From contig JALXAG010000139.1 in assembly GCA_026992315.1 (NCBI GenBank), positions 1 through 57,270 on the forward strand: 57,270 nt of DNA. Reading direction: 5' to 3'. Position numbers and translations under genes: made by a program. The stretch comes from Sneathiellales bacterium (GTDB lineage: Bacteria > Pseudomonadota > Alphaproteobacteria > Minwuiales > Minwuiaceae). Under the pieces are notes generated by a model, which ran no database searches, was not told the origin of the DNA, and worked only from the letters and a program-made list of their open reading frames with translations. This document shows, one piece after another, positions 1 to 12,718 of the stretch; the stretch's first letter is position 1, and each line of letters starts with the position of its first letter.

Positions 1-135
1 CGGTTTCCTGCCAGGCCTTCTGCGCCCTGACGGCCGCATCCAGCGCGGTATCGATTTCGGCCGCGCCGGCAAGATCCCGTTCGACATAAATGGAACCGTC
101 GACGGGGCTGATCGTCCTAAGTTTTCCGCTCATCG
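1..135 (-). CDS. aldehyde dehydrogenase family protein (5' end only; gene runs off the left edge)
   Basis: Not in the ORF track because it is open at the edge. The reverse complement from the ATG at 135 reads MSGKLRTISPVDGSIYVERDLAGAAEIDTALDAAVRAQKAWQET, a typical NAD-aldehyde dehydrogenase N-terminus. It lies 90 nt downstream of the GS-like gene on the same strand. Confidence 0.55.
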
Positions 136-225
136 CTTGTACCCGTTATCTGTGGGCGCGGCATCCCGGGGCGGTGCCGCGCCGCTGGCGAAAGATCCGT
201 TCTGTTCCCCGACCCGGAGGGCAGG

Positions 226-1593
226 TCAGATGATTTCGAAATACCGCTGCAGTTCCCAATCGGTGATGGCCTTGCGGAATTCACGCTCTTCCCATTCGCG
301 GGACTGGGCGTAGTGTTCCACGAAATCCTTGCCGAACAGGGCATTGGCAGCATCCGAGGCGCGCAGCCTGCCGGCCGCTTCCATCAATGTCGCGGGCAGG
401 GAGAGGCTCTCGGGAAATTTCTGATCGTAGGCGTTGCCGACGACCGGTTCGGTCGGCTCGATGGCGTGTTCGATACCCCACAGACCCGAACCGATGGCCG
501 CAGCCAGAGCGATATACGGATTGATGTCGGCCGCTGCAATACGATATTCGACACGCTGCGATTTTTCCCCGCCGAGAATGGCACGCAGCGCGCAGGTGCG
601 GTTCTCGATGCCCCAGGTCGCATCGGTCGGTGCCCAGAAGCCCGGAATCAGGCGTGAATAGCTGTTGACCGTGCAGGCGACCATGGCCAGAAACTCGCCC
701 ATGAGCTTCTGCTGACCGCCGATGAAGTGGCGCATCGTGTCAGATATGCCCTGCGGCTTGTCCGGATCGTGGAAGACCGCCCTGCCGTTCCTGTCGCGCA
801 GGGAGATATGGATATGGCCCGACTGTCCCGGCCAGTCCGGCGACCATTTGGCCATGAAGGTGGCCATCCAGCCCCGGCGCTGGGCCATGACCTTGGTGAA
901 GGTCTTGAACAGGGCGGCCTTGTCGGCGGCGGCCAGCGCATCGTCATACATGATGGCCGCTTCCAGCACCCCCGGCCCGGTTTCCGTATGCAGCCCTTCG
1001 AGCGGGAAATCCATCCGCTCGCACAGTTCGAGCAGCTCGTGATAATATTCGGCATGGACCGAATTGCGCAGCATCGAATAGCCGAAGAAGCCCGGCGTGA
1101 TGTTGTTCAGGTCGCGGTAGTTCTTCTCCCGCACCGAATGGGGGGTTTCCTCGAAGAGGAAATATTCGAATTCGCAGGCGGCGCTGGCCGTCAGCCCCAT
1201 GTCTTCGGCCCGCTGCAGAACCCGGCGCAGCACGCCGCGCGGACAGATTTTTTCCGCCGTGCCGTCGAATTCGCCAAGGAACAGCACCGTCTTTTCTTCG
1301 AAGGGGATTTCGCGGCAGGTTTCGGGCAGCAGGCGCACCGGCGCATCCGGATAGGCGGTATGCCAGCCGGTGAAACTGGCGCTGTCATAGAGCTGGTCGT
1401 TGGAATCCCAGCCCAGCACCACGTCGCAGAAGCCGAATCCCTTCTCGAGAGCAGAGAGGAACTTGTCCCGCTTCATGTATTTGCCGCGCATGACGCCATC
1501 GACATCGAAAATGCCGACCTTGACGTATTCAATACCGCGTTCGTCGATCAGCGCCCGCGCATCATCGGCGGACCTCACCTGTCTCGGGTCCAT
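226..1593 (-). CDS. glutamine synthetase family protein, gamma-glutamyl-polyamine synthetase (PuuA/PauA)-like
   Basis: 455-aa ORF with GS type-I-like catalytic domain features (..GWHTAYPD.., ..HTETGPGVLE.., ..SGHIHISL.., ..ENRTCALR..). Context: aldehyde dehydrogenase downstream, PuuB-like oxidase nearby. Confidence 0.88.
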   Translation of the reverse strand: MDPRQVRSADDARALIDERGIEYVKVGIFDVDGVMRGKYMKRDKFLSALEKGFGFCDVVLGWDSNDQLYDSASFTGWHTAYPDAPVRLLPETCREIPFEEKTVLFLGEFDGTAEKICPRGVLRRVLQRAEDMGLTASAACEFEYFLFEETPHSVREKNYRDLNNITPGFFGYSMLRNSVHAEYYHELLELCERMDFPLEGLHTETGPGVLEAAIMYDDALAAADKAALFKTFTKVMAQRRGWMATFMAKWSPDWPGQSGHIHISLRDRNGRAVFHDPDKPQGISDTMRHFIGGQQKLMGEFLAMVACTVNSYSRLIPGFWAPTDATWGIENRTCALRAILGGEKSQRVEYRIAAADINPYIALAAAIGSGLWGIEHAIEPTEPVVGNAYDQKFPESLSLPATLMEAAGRLRASDAANALFGKDFVEHYAQSREWEEREFRKAITDWELQRYFEII

Positions 1594-1867
1594 TAATACC
1601 TCCGCCCAAAAATACGGTTACCTGCCCTGCGGCCGGATGAAGGAACGGCCTTCCTGCCGGCAACAGGTGGCCGCAGGAAATTGTCGTTCCGTTTCGATGC
1701 AGGTATTCTCTTCATCCTGTCCTCATGCGCAAGGGCCATGAAACGCTCCTGCCGGAACGGCGTTGCGGCCGATGGCCTCATATGCTGACGTCAACCCGTC
1801 ATGCGGCGATCCCTTCAGGCTTCGGCGAAGCCTTCCGGCAGGCTTCCTCACCTCACGATCATCCGTA

Positions 1868-1884
1868 ATAAATGTTACATTTAT
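1868..1884. promoter_or_regulatory. 17-bp palindrome ATAAATGT-T-ACATTTAT in the AT-rich divergent region between the GS-like gene and the LctP-family permease (candidate operator)
   Basis: Read directly: perfect 8-bp arms around a central T. It sits in the only AT-rich patch of this intergenic region. Confidence 0.3.
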
Positions 1885-1950
1885 CATCATAACAGGCAAT
1901 TGCGTATTTTTTGTATCAGATATTTCAGGGGGAGAGGAAGAGAGAAAATC

Positions 1951-1986
1951 GCCGTTCCGCCTTCCGGCGGGACCTTCGGCTTTTTT
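1951..1986 (+). terminator. terminator-like hairpin plus T6 in the 5' leader of the permease gene (possible attenuator)
   Basis: GCCG..CCGCC-TTCC-GGCGG..CGGC followed by TTTTTT (1981-1986), about 70 nt upstream of the likely permease start. Confidence 0.25.
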
Positions 1987-2057
1987 GAAAGGCGCGGCGG
2001 GAAGTGCTGCCCCTTTTCCTGAAAGCCGCGATGTTCTACCTTGCCGGCGGGTGCGGC

Positions 2058-3632
2058 ATGACGGGGGCGATAATGCGCGATTTTCTCTACTGGCTGGCAG
2101 CGGCGGCACCGATTGCGACGGTGCTGGTGCTGATGATCCGTTTCAAATGGGGCGGCGCCCGTGCCGGCGCCGCGGGCTGGCTGGTGACCATGGCGGTCGC
2201 CTGGGGCGTGTTCGGTGCCGACATGCCGCTTCTGGCCTATGCCCAGGCCAAGGGGGCGCTGCTGACCCTGTATGTGCTTTATATCGTCTGGACGGCGCTG
2301 GCCCTGTATTTCGTGACCGAGGAGACGGGCGCCATCAGCACCATTGGCGAGGGGATTCGCCGTCTCAGCCCCGACAAGCCCTTGCAGTTGCTGATTCTGG
2401 GTTGGGTCTTTGCGACATTTCTGCGGGGGGTGGCGGGATTCGGCGTTCCCATCGCCGTGGTGGCGCCCTTGCTGCTGGGGCTCGGCTTTTCGCCTGCCAT
2501 TGCCGTGATTGCTCCGGCAATCGGGCATTCCTGGTCGGTGACGTTCGGCAATATGGCCACATCCTTCGAGGCGCTGACGGCGGTGACCGGGCTGCCCGGC
2601 GAATATCTGACCTTCTGGTCGGCGATTCTGCTGGGCGTTTCCGGCTTTCTTTGCGGCGCGGCATTGCTGCATGCCTATGGCGGTTTTGCCGCCATCAGGC
2701 GTACATTGATGCCGTTGCTGATCTTCGCCGTTGTCATGGGCGGGGTGCAGTACGCCCTGGCTGTCGGCGGTATCTGGACGCTGGGCGGTTTTTCCGCCGG
2801 TCTGGCCGGTCTGGCCGTGGCGGTGCCGCTGGCCCGCCTTTACCGGCGCAGGGAACTGGCTGCACAGGCGCAGGAACGGCGCGAAACCGCAATGCCGCTG
2901 GGATGGGCGGTGGCGGCCTATATCGTCTTCATCCTCATCGTTTCGGCCATCACCTTCGTTCCCGGGCTGAAAGCGGTGTTGGGAGCGGTGAAACTGGGCC
3001 TCGATTTTCCGGCGGTTTCAACCGCCTTGGGCTGGACGGTGCCGGCGGGGCCGGGGAAGGCCATCAGCCTGTTCGCTCATCCCGGCGCCCAATTGCTTTA
3101 TACATCGGTTCTCGCCTATCTGCTCTATCGCATCAAAGGCTATTACAAACCCGGCGCCCTGCGGCGTATTGCGATACGCACGGCAAGAAGCGGCGTGCCG
3201 ACCAGTCTGGGCATGGTGTCCATGGTTGCCTTTGCCGTGGTCATGGACAATGCCGGCATGACGCGCACCCTGGCCGCGGGCATTGCCGGGCTGTTCGATG
3301 CCGCCTATCCGCTGTTTTCGCCGGCCATCGGGGCGCTGGGGGCGTTCATGACCGGCAGCACCACCAATTCCAATGTGGTCTTCGGCGTTTTCCAGCGCCA
3401 GACGGCGGAACTGATCGGGCTGTCGGTGCCGCTGATTCTGGCGGCGCAGACGACCGGGGCGTCCCTGGGCAGCATGCTGGCGCCGGCCAAGCTGCTGGTC
3501 GGCTGTTCGACGGTCGGCCTGTCGGGCAGGGAGGGGCCGGTTCTGGCCACGACCCTGCGCTATGGCGCCGTCATTACCCTGCTGATGGGGGCTGCCGTTA
3601 CCCTGATCGCCTACACGATTGCGGAGGGCTGA
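2058..3632 (+). CDS. L-lactate permease (LctP) family transporter
   Basis: Part of the 2004..3632 ORF. Polytopic membrane protein with an LctP-like N-terminal region and a ..FLRGVAGFGVPIAVVAPLLLGLGF.. motif (compare LldP [24 protein letters not shown]). Start is ambiguous (GTG 2004, ATG 2031, 2058 or 2073). Confidence 0.85.
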   Translation: MTGAIMRDFLYWLAAAAPIATVLVLMIRFKWGGARAGAAGWLVTMAVAWGVFGADMPLLAYAQAKGALLTLYVLYIVWTALALYFVTEETGAISTIGEGIRRLSPDKPLQLLILGWVFATFLRGVAGFGVPIAVVAPLLLGLGFSPAIAVIAPAIGHSWSVTFGNMATSFEALTAVTGLPGEYLTFWSAILLGVSGFLCGAALLHAYGGFAAIRRTLMPLLIFAVVMGGVQYALAVGGIWTLGGFSAGLAGLAVAVPLARLYRRRELAAQAQERRETAMPLGWAVAAYIVFILIVSAITFVPGLKAVLGAVKLGLDFPAVSTALGWTVPAGPGKAISLFAHPGAQLLYTSVLAYLLYRIKGYYKPGALRRIAIRTARSGVPTSLGMVSMVAFAVVMDNAGMTRTLAAGIAGLFDAAYPLFSPAIGALGAFMTGSTTNSNVVFGVFQRQTAELIGLSVPLILAAQTTGASLGSMLAPAKLLVGCSTVGLSGREGPVLATTLRYGAVITLLMGAAVTLIAYTIAEG

Positions 3633-3636
3633 ACCG

Positions 3637-3783
3637 ATGAAACGCGCATCGTTGCTGTTGCTGCTGTCACTCTTTTTGCCCTTTGCCCTGTATCTGGCGT
3701 TGAATGCCGGGGCGGATCTGGCCGGCGGTCTGTTGTTCGCTGCCCTGGCGGCGGTCATGGCCGTAACCGCCTTGCGGGGCTGA
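3637..3783 (+). CDS. small hydrophobic protein (48 aa), hypothetical
   Basis: ATG 4 nt after the permease stop. Translation MKRASLLLLLSLFLPFALYLALNAGADLAGGLLFAALAAVMAVTALRG suggests two TM-like segments. Too short for the ORF track. Confidence 0.25.
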   Translation: MKRASLLLLLSLFLPFALYLALNAGADLAGGLLFAALAAVMAVTALRG

Positions 3784-3801
3784 CGGCCGACGGGGAAGCA
3801 T

Positions 3802-4242
3802 TCAGTCGCCGGCAGCCGGACGGCGGAAGCGGGTGGACAGAACAAGCGTCGAGGTGGTTCGCCGCACGCCGCCAAGGGCGCCGATGCGATCAAGCACCCG
3901 GTCCATCTGTTCCAGTGTGCCGGTTTCGATAATGGCGATCAGGTCGAAATCGCCGTTGACGGTCAGGCATTCGACGATCTCGGGCATGTTTTCGAGCGCG
4001 CGGACAATGCTCGCGGCCCGCTTGGGGTCGATGCTCAGCATGGCATGGGCACGGACGGTTTCCCCCTTATCCGCCGGGGCGGTGACGATTGTGTAGCCAT
4101 TGATGATGCCCCGGCGCTCCAGACGGGCAATGCGCTCCTGCACGGAACTGCGCGCCAGGCCGACCTGCCGGGCGATCGCGGCGGCGGGCATGCGGGCGTT
4201 GGCGCGCAATATGGCCAGAATTTCCCTGTCCTTGTCATCCAT
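3802..4242 (-). CDS. Lrp/AsnC family transcriptional regulator
   Basis: 146 aa. N-terminal HTH (MDDKDREILAILRANARMPAAAIARQVGLARSSVQERIARLERRGII) plus a C-terminal RAM/AsnC-type domain. Confidence 0.9.
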   Translation of the reverse strand: MDDKDREILAILRANARMPAAAIARQVGLARSSVQERIARLERRGIINGYTIVTAPADKGETVRAHAMLSIDPKRAASIVRALENMPEIVECLTVNGDFDLIAIIETGTLEQMDRVLDRIGALGGVRRTTSTLVLSTRFRRPAAGD

Positions 4243-4359
4243 GTTTCAGGCTCGTTCGGCTTGACGGAAACAGGGTATTCATGCCCCAATGGCGGCCGCA
4301 GAACAACAGTAAACCCCGCCGTCTGCGGGTGTTCTCCGGAAGGGTTTAAGGAATCCATC

Positions 4360-5631
4360 ATGGCGCAGAGCGGATCCTATTACGAAGCCACGGCCAATCC
4401 CCACCGCGAATTCGCTCCCTTGCAGGGGACGCGCGATTGCGATGTCTGTGTTGTCGGTGGCGGCTATATGGGGCTGAGTACGGCGCTCAACCTTGCCGAA
4501 CGCGGTTACGACACAGTGCTGCTGGAGGCGGAGACGCCGGGATTCGGCGCCTCGGGGCGCAATGGCGGGCAGCTCGGCTCCGGCCAGCGCATGGATCAGG
4601 AGGAACTGGAAGAACTGGTGGGCGAGGCGGATGCCCGCATTCTTTGGGACATCGCCGAGGAATCGAAGCGGGAGGTGAAGGAACGCATCGCCCGCCACGA
4701 TATCGCCTGCGATCTCAAGCCCGGAATCATCACGGCCGGGCACAAACCGGCCCTGGCCCGATGGGCGATGGATTATGCCGAAAAGCTGCAGCGGGACTAT
4801 GGCTATACGGAGATCCGCCCCGTTACGGCAGAAGAAATGTGTGAAATGCTGGGAAGCAAGGCTTATTTCGGCGGATCGCTCGATATGGGGGCGGCGCATC
4901 TGCATCCGCTGAATTTCGCCCTCGGCCTGGCCGATGCGGCGGCGGCGGCCGGGGCCAGCCTGCACAGCCACAGCCGGGTGCTGAAGATAGAGGAAAGCGG
5001 CGGCAAGGTGCATCTGCACTGCCGCGACGGCAGGGTCGGCGCCCGCTATGCGGTGCTCGGCTGCAATGGCTATCTCGGCAATCTGGAACCGCGGATCGCG
5101 GGGCGGATCATGCCGATCAACAATTTCATTCTGGCCACCGAACCCCTGGGGGCGGAACGGGCCCGGGCGGTGATCCGCGATGACGTTGCCGTGGCCGATA
5201 CGCGCTTCGTCGTCAATTACTTCCGCCTTTCCGCCGACGGGCGGCTGCTGTTCGGCGGCGGGGAAAACTACCGTTCCGGCTTTCCGCCCGATCTGAAGGG
5301 ATTCGTGCGCCGCTACATGCTGAAGATTTATCCCGATCTGGCCGATGTCGCCATCGACTATGCCTGGGGCGGCACGCTGGGGGTGACGATGAAGCGCATG
5401 CCTCATATGGGGCGGCTGGGCAATCTCTTCTTCGCCCAGGGGTTTTCCGGCCATGGCGTCGGCATGGCAACCATGGCCGGCAAGCTGATTGCCGAGGCAT
5501 TGAGCGGCACCGCCGAACGTTTCGATGTCATGGCCCGCGTTCCCGCACCGCGCTTTCCCGGCGGCCGCTTCCTGCGCTGGCCGGGGCTGGTGCTGGGCAT
5601 GATGTATTATTCCCTGCGCGACCGCCTATAG
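4360..5631 (+). CDS. puuB: FAD-dependent oxidoreductase, gamma-glutamylputrescine oxidase-like
   Basis: The in-frame ATG at 4360 gives MAQSGSYYEATANP..CDVCVVGGGYMGLSTALNLAERGYDTVLLEAE..GFGASGRNGGQL.., ending ..YYSLRDRL. As recalled, this is collinear with E. coli PuuB. The track ORF (from 4045) is an upstream extension that overlaps the Lrp gene. Confidence 0.85.
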   Translation: MAQSGSYYEATANPHREFAPLQGTRDCDVCVVGGGYMGLSTALNLAERGYDTVLLEAETPGFGASGRNGGQLGSGQRMDQEELEELVGEADARILWDIAEESKREVKERIARHDIACDLKPGIITAGHKPALARWAMDYAEKLQRDYGYTEIRPVTAEEMCEMLGSKAYFGGSLDMGAAHLHPLNFALGLADAAAAAGASLHSHSRVLKIEESGGKVHLHCRDGRVGARYAVLGCNGYLGNLEPRIAGRIMPINNFILATEPLGAERARAVIRDDVAVADTRFVVNYFRLSADGRLLFGGGENYRSGFPPDLKGFVRRYMLKIYPDLADVAIDYAWGGTLGVTMKRMPHMGRLGNLFFAQGFSGHGVGMATMAGKLIAEALSGTAERFDVMARVPAPRFPGGRFLRWPGLVLGMMYYSLRDRL

Positions 5632-5654
5632 GCCGCGTGGGTCTTCGCCCCGAC

Positions 5655-7091
5655 CTAGTTGGTTTCGCTGTCGTCGCGGTTGTAGATATCCTCCAGGCGG
5701 ACGATATCGTCCTCGCCGAGATAGCTGCCCGACTGCACCTCGATGATATCCAGATCGACCTTGCCGGGATTTTCCAGCTGGTGGCGGGTGCCGATCGGAA
5801 TATAGGTGCTTTCGTTTTCCGACAGCAGCATTTCTTCCTCGCCGCGGATGACGCGGGCGGTGCCGGATACGACGATCCAGTGTTCGGCGCGATGATGGTG
5901 CAGTTGCAGGCTGAGCCGCGCCCCGGGCTTGACCATCAGATGCTTGACCTGGAAACGGTCGCCGATATCGATGGTTTCGTAATAGCCCCATGGCCGGTAA
6001 TGGCGGGTATGGCTGCTCTGCTCGATCCGGTTGTCGGCCTTCAGCCGGGCGACGACGGATTTGACACGTTCGGTTTTCCCTCTCGGGGCGATAAGAATGG
6101 CATCCCGGGTCTGGATCACGGCGATATCGTCGATATCGACGGCGGCGATCAGCGCATCCTCGCTGCGCAGATAGCTGTTGGCGACCCCCTCGGCGATGAC
6201 GTCGCCGAGGATGACATTGCCGTTTTCGTCCTTCTCGCCGATTTCCCACAAGGCATCCCAGGCGCCGACATCGTTCCAGCCGATATTGACGGGGATGACG
6301 GCGGCGCGGTCGGTCTTCTCCATGACCGCGTAATCGATGGAGATGTCCCGCGCCCGGCTGAAGGCATCGGCGTTCAGCCGGCAGAAATCGAGGTCGCGTT
6401 CCGCCCCTTCCAGCGATTCGCGGCAGGCCTGCAGGGTTTCCGGGTCGTGGCGGGCCAGTTCATCGATATAGGCCCTGGCGGAAAAGACGAATATGCCTGC
6501 ATTCCAGCTATAGCCGCCATCGGCGAGATAGTGCCGTGCCGTTTCCTCATCCGGCTTTTCGACGAAGCGATCCACCTTCCAGGCCTGTTCATCGATGGCA
6601 TCGCCACGGCGGATATAGCCATATCCCGTATGAGGGCGGGTCGGTTCAATGCCGAAAGTGACCAGATATCCCTGCCGGGCCAGGCCGGCGGCATGGTGGA
6701 TCGCCCTGGCGAAGCCGTCGGAATCGGCGATGGCATGATCGGCGGGCAGAACCGCCAGCACCCCTTCCGGATCCTGCTTTTGGATGGCCAGCGCCGCGAC
6801 GGCGACGGCAGGGGCGGTATTGCGCCCGACGGGTTCGAGAACGATGTCTGCCGGCTCGACGGCAATGGCCCGTAGCTGTTCTGCAATGATGAAACGGTGA
6901 TCGCTGTTGCAGATGACCAGAGGCGCGGCAATGCCGGGGCGTCCTGCCAGCCGCCGTGCCGTTTCCTGCAGCAGGCTGTTGTCGCTGACAAGCGGCAGAA
7001 GCTGTTTGGGATACAGGGAACGCGAAACCGGCCACAGGCGGGTGCCCGATCCGCCGGAAAGAATGACTGGATGAATATTGCACGTACCCAT
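5655..7091 (-). CDS. manC: mannose-1-phosphate guanylyltransferase / mannose-6-phosphate isomerase (type II PMI-GMP)
   Basis: From internal Met 60 of the 537-aa ORF: MGTCNIHPVILSGGSGTRLWPVSR.. (nucleotidyl-transferase G-rich loop). C-terminal cupin ..RPWGYYE..VKHLMVKPGARLSLQLHHHRAEHWIVVSGTA... Confidence 0.92.
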   Translation of the reverse strand: MGTCNIHPVILSGGSGTRLWPVSRSLYPKQLLPLVSDNSLLQETARRLAGRPGIAAPLVICNSDHRFIIAEQLRAIAVEPADIVLEPVGRNTAPAVAVAALAIQKQDPEGVLAVLPADHAIADSDGFARAIHHAAGLARQGYLVTFGIEPTRPHTGYGYIRRGDAIDEQAWKVDRFVEKPDEETARHYLADGGYSWNAGIFVFSARAYIDELARHDPETLQACRESLEGAERDLDFCRLNADAFSRARDISIDYAVMEKTDRAAVIPVNIGWNDVGAWDALWEIGEKDENGNVILGDVIAEGVANSYLRSEDALIAAVDIDDIAVIQTRDAILIAPRGKTERVKSVVARLKADNRIEQSSHTRHYRPWGYYETIDIGDRFQVKHLMVKPGARLSLQLHHHRAEHWIVVSGTARVIRGEEEMLLSENESTYIPIGTRHQLENPGKVDLDIIEVQSGSYLGEDDIVRLEDIYNRDDSETN

Positions 7092-7462
7092 TTTGACCCC
7101 TTGGTTTTTCTGTCCGCTATTGCAGCCAGGGCTATTATTGCCATCTGAAATGAATAAAACATTAGGGCAGACCCCCCAAGACAGCCGGATGATGGCAGCA
7201 TGTTCCGGCCCGTGCAAGAAGAACGGCATTATTGCCGGATTCCCGGTGTTTTTCCGGCACGCTGTCATGACAAAGAGGTGGTTACGCTCCCGGATGGCAG
7301 GAAGATGTGATGAAGCGCACGGGTTTGTCAGCCGAAGTTCGTTTCAGCCGGTGCCATGAAGCGGCTTTTTCATGACCGCCCCGCGGAAGGTTGCGCCCTG
7401 GCGGGCGGGCTGTTAGGGTCCGGGCCCTGAGGTCCGGACTCATGGCGGATAAACGGGCGGAA

Positions 7463-8554
7463 ATGACGAAAAAAGCGCTGATTACCGGGGTGACCGGGCA
7501 GGACGGGGCCTATCTGGCGGAATTGTTGCTGGACAAGGGCTATGAGGTGCATGGGCTGAAGCGGCGCTCCTCTTCCTTCAATACCGGGCGTGTCGATCAT
7601 CTTTATGCGGATCCGCACGAGCACGACACCCGTTTCTTCATGCATTACGGCGATCTGACGGACAGCACCAACCTGATCCGCATCGTTCAGGAAGTGCAGC
7701 CCGACGAGATCTACAATCTGGCGGCGCAGAGCCATGTTCAGGTCTCTTTCGAAACGCCCGAATACACGGCCAATGCCGATGGGATCGGCACGCTGCGTCT
7801 GCTGGAGGCGATCCGTATCCTCGATATGTCCGGGCGGGTGCGTTTCTATCAGGCCTCGACATCCGAACTCTACGGCAATGCTCCGGCGCCACAGGATGAA
7901 AATACCCCCTTTCAGCCGCGTAGCCCCTATGCCGCGGCCAAGCTTTATGCCTACTGGATCACCGTAAACTACCGCGAAGCATACGGGATACATGCCTCCA
8001 ACGGCATCCTGTTCAACCATGAAAGCCCGATCCGCGGCGAAACCTTCGTTACCCGCAAGATCACCCGCGCGGTGGCGGCCATCGAACTGGGGCTGCAGAA
8101 ATGCCTTTATCTGGGCAATCTCGATGCCCGCCGCGACTGGGGGCATGCCCGCGATTACGTCGAAGGCATGTGGCGGATTCTGCAGCAGGAAGATCCCGGC
8201 GATTATGTATTGGCGACGGGCGAAACCCATACGGTGCGCGAATTCGTCGAACGGGCTTTTGCCGAAATCGGCCGGAAAATCGAATGGCAGGGTACGGGTG
8301 TCGATGAAGTCGGCATCGATGCCGGCAGCGGGCGCACCCTGGTGGCGATCGATCCGCGTTACTTCCGCCCGACGGAGGTGGATCTGCTGCTCGGCAACCC
8401 GCAGAAGGCCCATCGGGAACTGGGCTGGCAGGCGCGGATGAGCTTTGCCGATCTGGTGCGCGATATGGTGCGGGCCGATCTGGTGATGGTGAAGGCCGAA
8501 GCGGCCACCCTGCATCGCGCCGACAAGCCGGTGCAAAGGCAGCGGGGGGGCTGA
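7463..8554 (+). CDS. gmd: GDP-mannose 4,6-dehydratase
   Basis: [51 protein letters not shown]... Start is ATG 7463 (or 7442). The track ORF from 7391 is an extension. Confidence 0.95.
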   Translation: MTKKALITGVTGQDGAYLAELLLDKGYEVHGLKRRSSSFNTGRVDHLYADPHEHDTRFFMHYGDLTDSTNLIRIVQEVQPDEIYNLAAQSHVQVSFETPEYTANADGIGTLRLLEAIRILDMSGRVRFYQASTSELYGNAPAPQDENTPFQPRSPYAAAKLYAYWITVNYREAYGIHASNGILFNHESPIRGETFVTRKITRAVAAIELGLQKCLYLGNLDARRDWGHARDYVEGMWRILQQEDPGDYVLATGETHTVREFVERAFAEIGRKIEWQGTGVDEVGIDAGSGRTLVAIDPRYFRPTEVDLLLGNPQKAHRELGWQARMSFADLVRDMVRADLVMVKAEAATLHRADKPVQRQRGG

Positions 8555-8556
8555 AG

Positions 8557-9530
<974 letters not shown>

Positions 9531-9534
<4 letters not shown>

Positions 9535-10184
9535 CGTCCGCCTGCCGCCTTTATCTGATCACGCCGCCGCGCATTGACGATCCGGCGCGGTTCGCCGCGC
9601 TTCTTGCCGATGTGTTCGATGCCGGCGATGTCGCCTGCCTGCAATTGCGCCTCAAAGGGGCGACGGACGAGGATATCCTGCACGCCGGCGAGGTGCTGAT
9701 GCCCGTCTGCCATGAACGGGATGTCGCCTTTCTGCTCAACGACCGGCCCGATCTGGCAGCGGCGCTGGGGGCCGATGGCGTGCATGTCGGTCAGGAGGAT
9801 ATGCCCTATGCGCAGGCCCGCCGGATCATGGGGGCTGAGGCCATGATCGGCGTCACCTGTCATGATTCCCGTCATCTCGCCATCACGGCGGCGGAGGAGG
9901 GGGCCGATTACGTCGCCTTCGGCGCGTTCTATCCTACCGCAACCAAGCAGGCCAGAACCCGTGCCGATACGGATCTGTTGTCCTGGTGGTCGGCGCTGAT
10001 GGAGGTGCCGGTCGTGGCCATCGGCGGCATCACTGTTGCCAACTGCGCGCCGCTGGTGCGTGCAGGGGCGGATTTTCTGGCGGTTTGCGGCGGGGTCTGG
10101 GATTATGCAGACGGCCCGGCGGCGGCGGTGCGCGATTTCAACCGCGCCATCGGCAATGCCGCTGCAGACATGTCCCGGATTTAA
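9531..10184 (+). CDS. thiE: thiamine-phosphate synthase
   Basis: 217 aa. ..[53 protein letters not shown]... GTGA overlap with the fcl stop. Confidence 0.88.
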
Positions 10185-11245
10185 GCGCCGGCGCGCTTGG
10201 CCATTTCCCAACCCATTTCCGCCAATGGCGTTACGTGGCGGGCCATTTCCTCGGCCTGGGCGCTGGCCGCGGTGCCATCGCGCACCCGTCCGGCAATACC
10301 CTGCAGGATCGCTGCCAGCCGGAACAGGTTATAGGCCAGATAAAATTCCCAATTGTCGATACCTTCCCGCCCGGTGCGGCGGCAGTAAGCGGCGATATAT
10401 TCGCTTTCGCTCGGAATGTTCAGCGCCGCCAGATCCAGCCCGCCGATGCCGCGGAACACGCCGGAGGGGATATGCCAGGACAGGCAATGATAGGAGAAGT
10501 CGCCGAGCGGATGGCCAAGGGTGGAAAGCTCCCAGTCCAGAATGGCGAGAATGCGCGGTTCGCGGGGGTGAAAAATCAGGTTGTCGAGGCGGAAGTCGCC
10601 ATGAACGATGCTGGTTTCGTCGCCGGGGGGAATATTCTCCGGCAGCCATTCCATCAGCCGGTCGGCTGCCTCGATCTTTTCGGTTTCCGAAGCACGGTAT
10701 TGCTTTGACCATCGGCTGATCTGGCGGGCGAAGTAATTGCCCGGCTTGCCGAAATCCTCCAGCCCCAGCGCCTTGTAATCCAGCATGTGCAGCCGGGCGA
10801 TGACATCGTTCATCGCATCGTATATGGCCGGGCGTTCCTCGCGGGACAGTTCCGGCAGGCTCTGATCCCAGAAGATGCGCCCCTCGATGAAATCCATGAC
10901 ATAGAAGCTGGTGCCGATGACCTCGTCGTCCTCGCACAGCAGATGTACGGGGGCAACGGGCATGCCTGCCTCGCCAAGCGCCGAAAGCACGCGATATTCC
11001 CGATCCACCGCATGGGCCGAGGGCAGCAGCTTGCCCGGCGGCTTGCGGCGCAGAACGTATTTCTTCGCCGGGGTCGTAAGCAAATAGGTGGGGTTGGACT
11101 GCCCGCCCCTGAACTGACGCACCTCAAGAGGGCCCTTGAAACCGTCCAGATGCCGGTTGAGATAATCTTCCAGCCGGGCAATGTCGAAGCGATGCTGCTG
11201 GCGGATCTCGGTCGTGCCGGTGAAGGCGGTGTTGTTATCCGTCAT
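10181..11245 (-). CDS. phosphotransferase (APH/ChoK-like kinase) family protein
   Basis: 354 aa. ..[70 protein letters not shown].. are Brenner and APH motifs. Confidence 0.8.
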   Translation of the reverse strand: MTDNNTAFTGTTEIRQQHRFDIARLEDYLNRHLDGFKGPLEVRQFRGGQSNPTYLLTTPAKKYVLRRKPPGKLLPSAHAVDREYRVLSALGEAGMPVAPVHLLCEDDEVIGTSFYVMDFIEGRIFWDQSLPELSREERPAIYDAMNDVIARLHMLDYKALGLEDFGKPGNYFARQISRWSKQYRASETEKIEAADRLMEWLPENIPPGDETSIVHGDFRLDNLIFHPREPRILAILDWELSTLGHPLGDFSYHCLSWHIPSGVFRGIGGLDLAALNIPSESEYIAAYCRRTGREGIDNWEFYLAYNLFRLAAILQGIAGRVRDGTAASAQAEEMARHVTPLAEMGWEMAKRAGA

Positions 11246-11287
11246 GCTTTTCCCCCTTGTGAGCCTGCAACCGGCTGGTTTCGTCGT

Positions 11288-12577
<1,290 letters not shown>

Positions 12578-12718
12578 GTTTCCTATGCCTTCCGCTTGTC
12601 TTCCGGCCCCGCGGCCTGTATCTGCGCTTCGGCGCGGCCCGTGCGCCACAGGGCGCAAGACGGCTTTCCCCGTGCGGGTTTCCTTGTATCATAGGGCGGC
12701 ATCAAGGCAAGAAGGCAG

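Noticed and set aside
1594-1760. Sigma54 (TGGCAC-N5-TTGC) promoter upstream of the GS-like gene
   Set aside because: The best candidate (GCGGCCACCTGTTGC on the minus strand) has the wrong GG-GC spacing by one base and a poor -24 element.
4045-4359. N-terminal 105-codon extension of the PuuB-like ORF, and similar extensions of the manC, purD, gmd, FadN-type, ACAD, XRE, FtsH, PAS and MCP ORFs in the track
   Set aside because: The extensions overlap neighbouring genes or intergenic promoters and have non-protein-like composition. Internal ATGs with SD sequences coincide with the conserved family N-termini.
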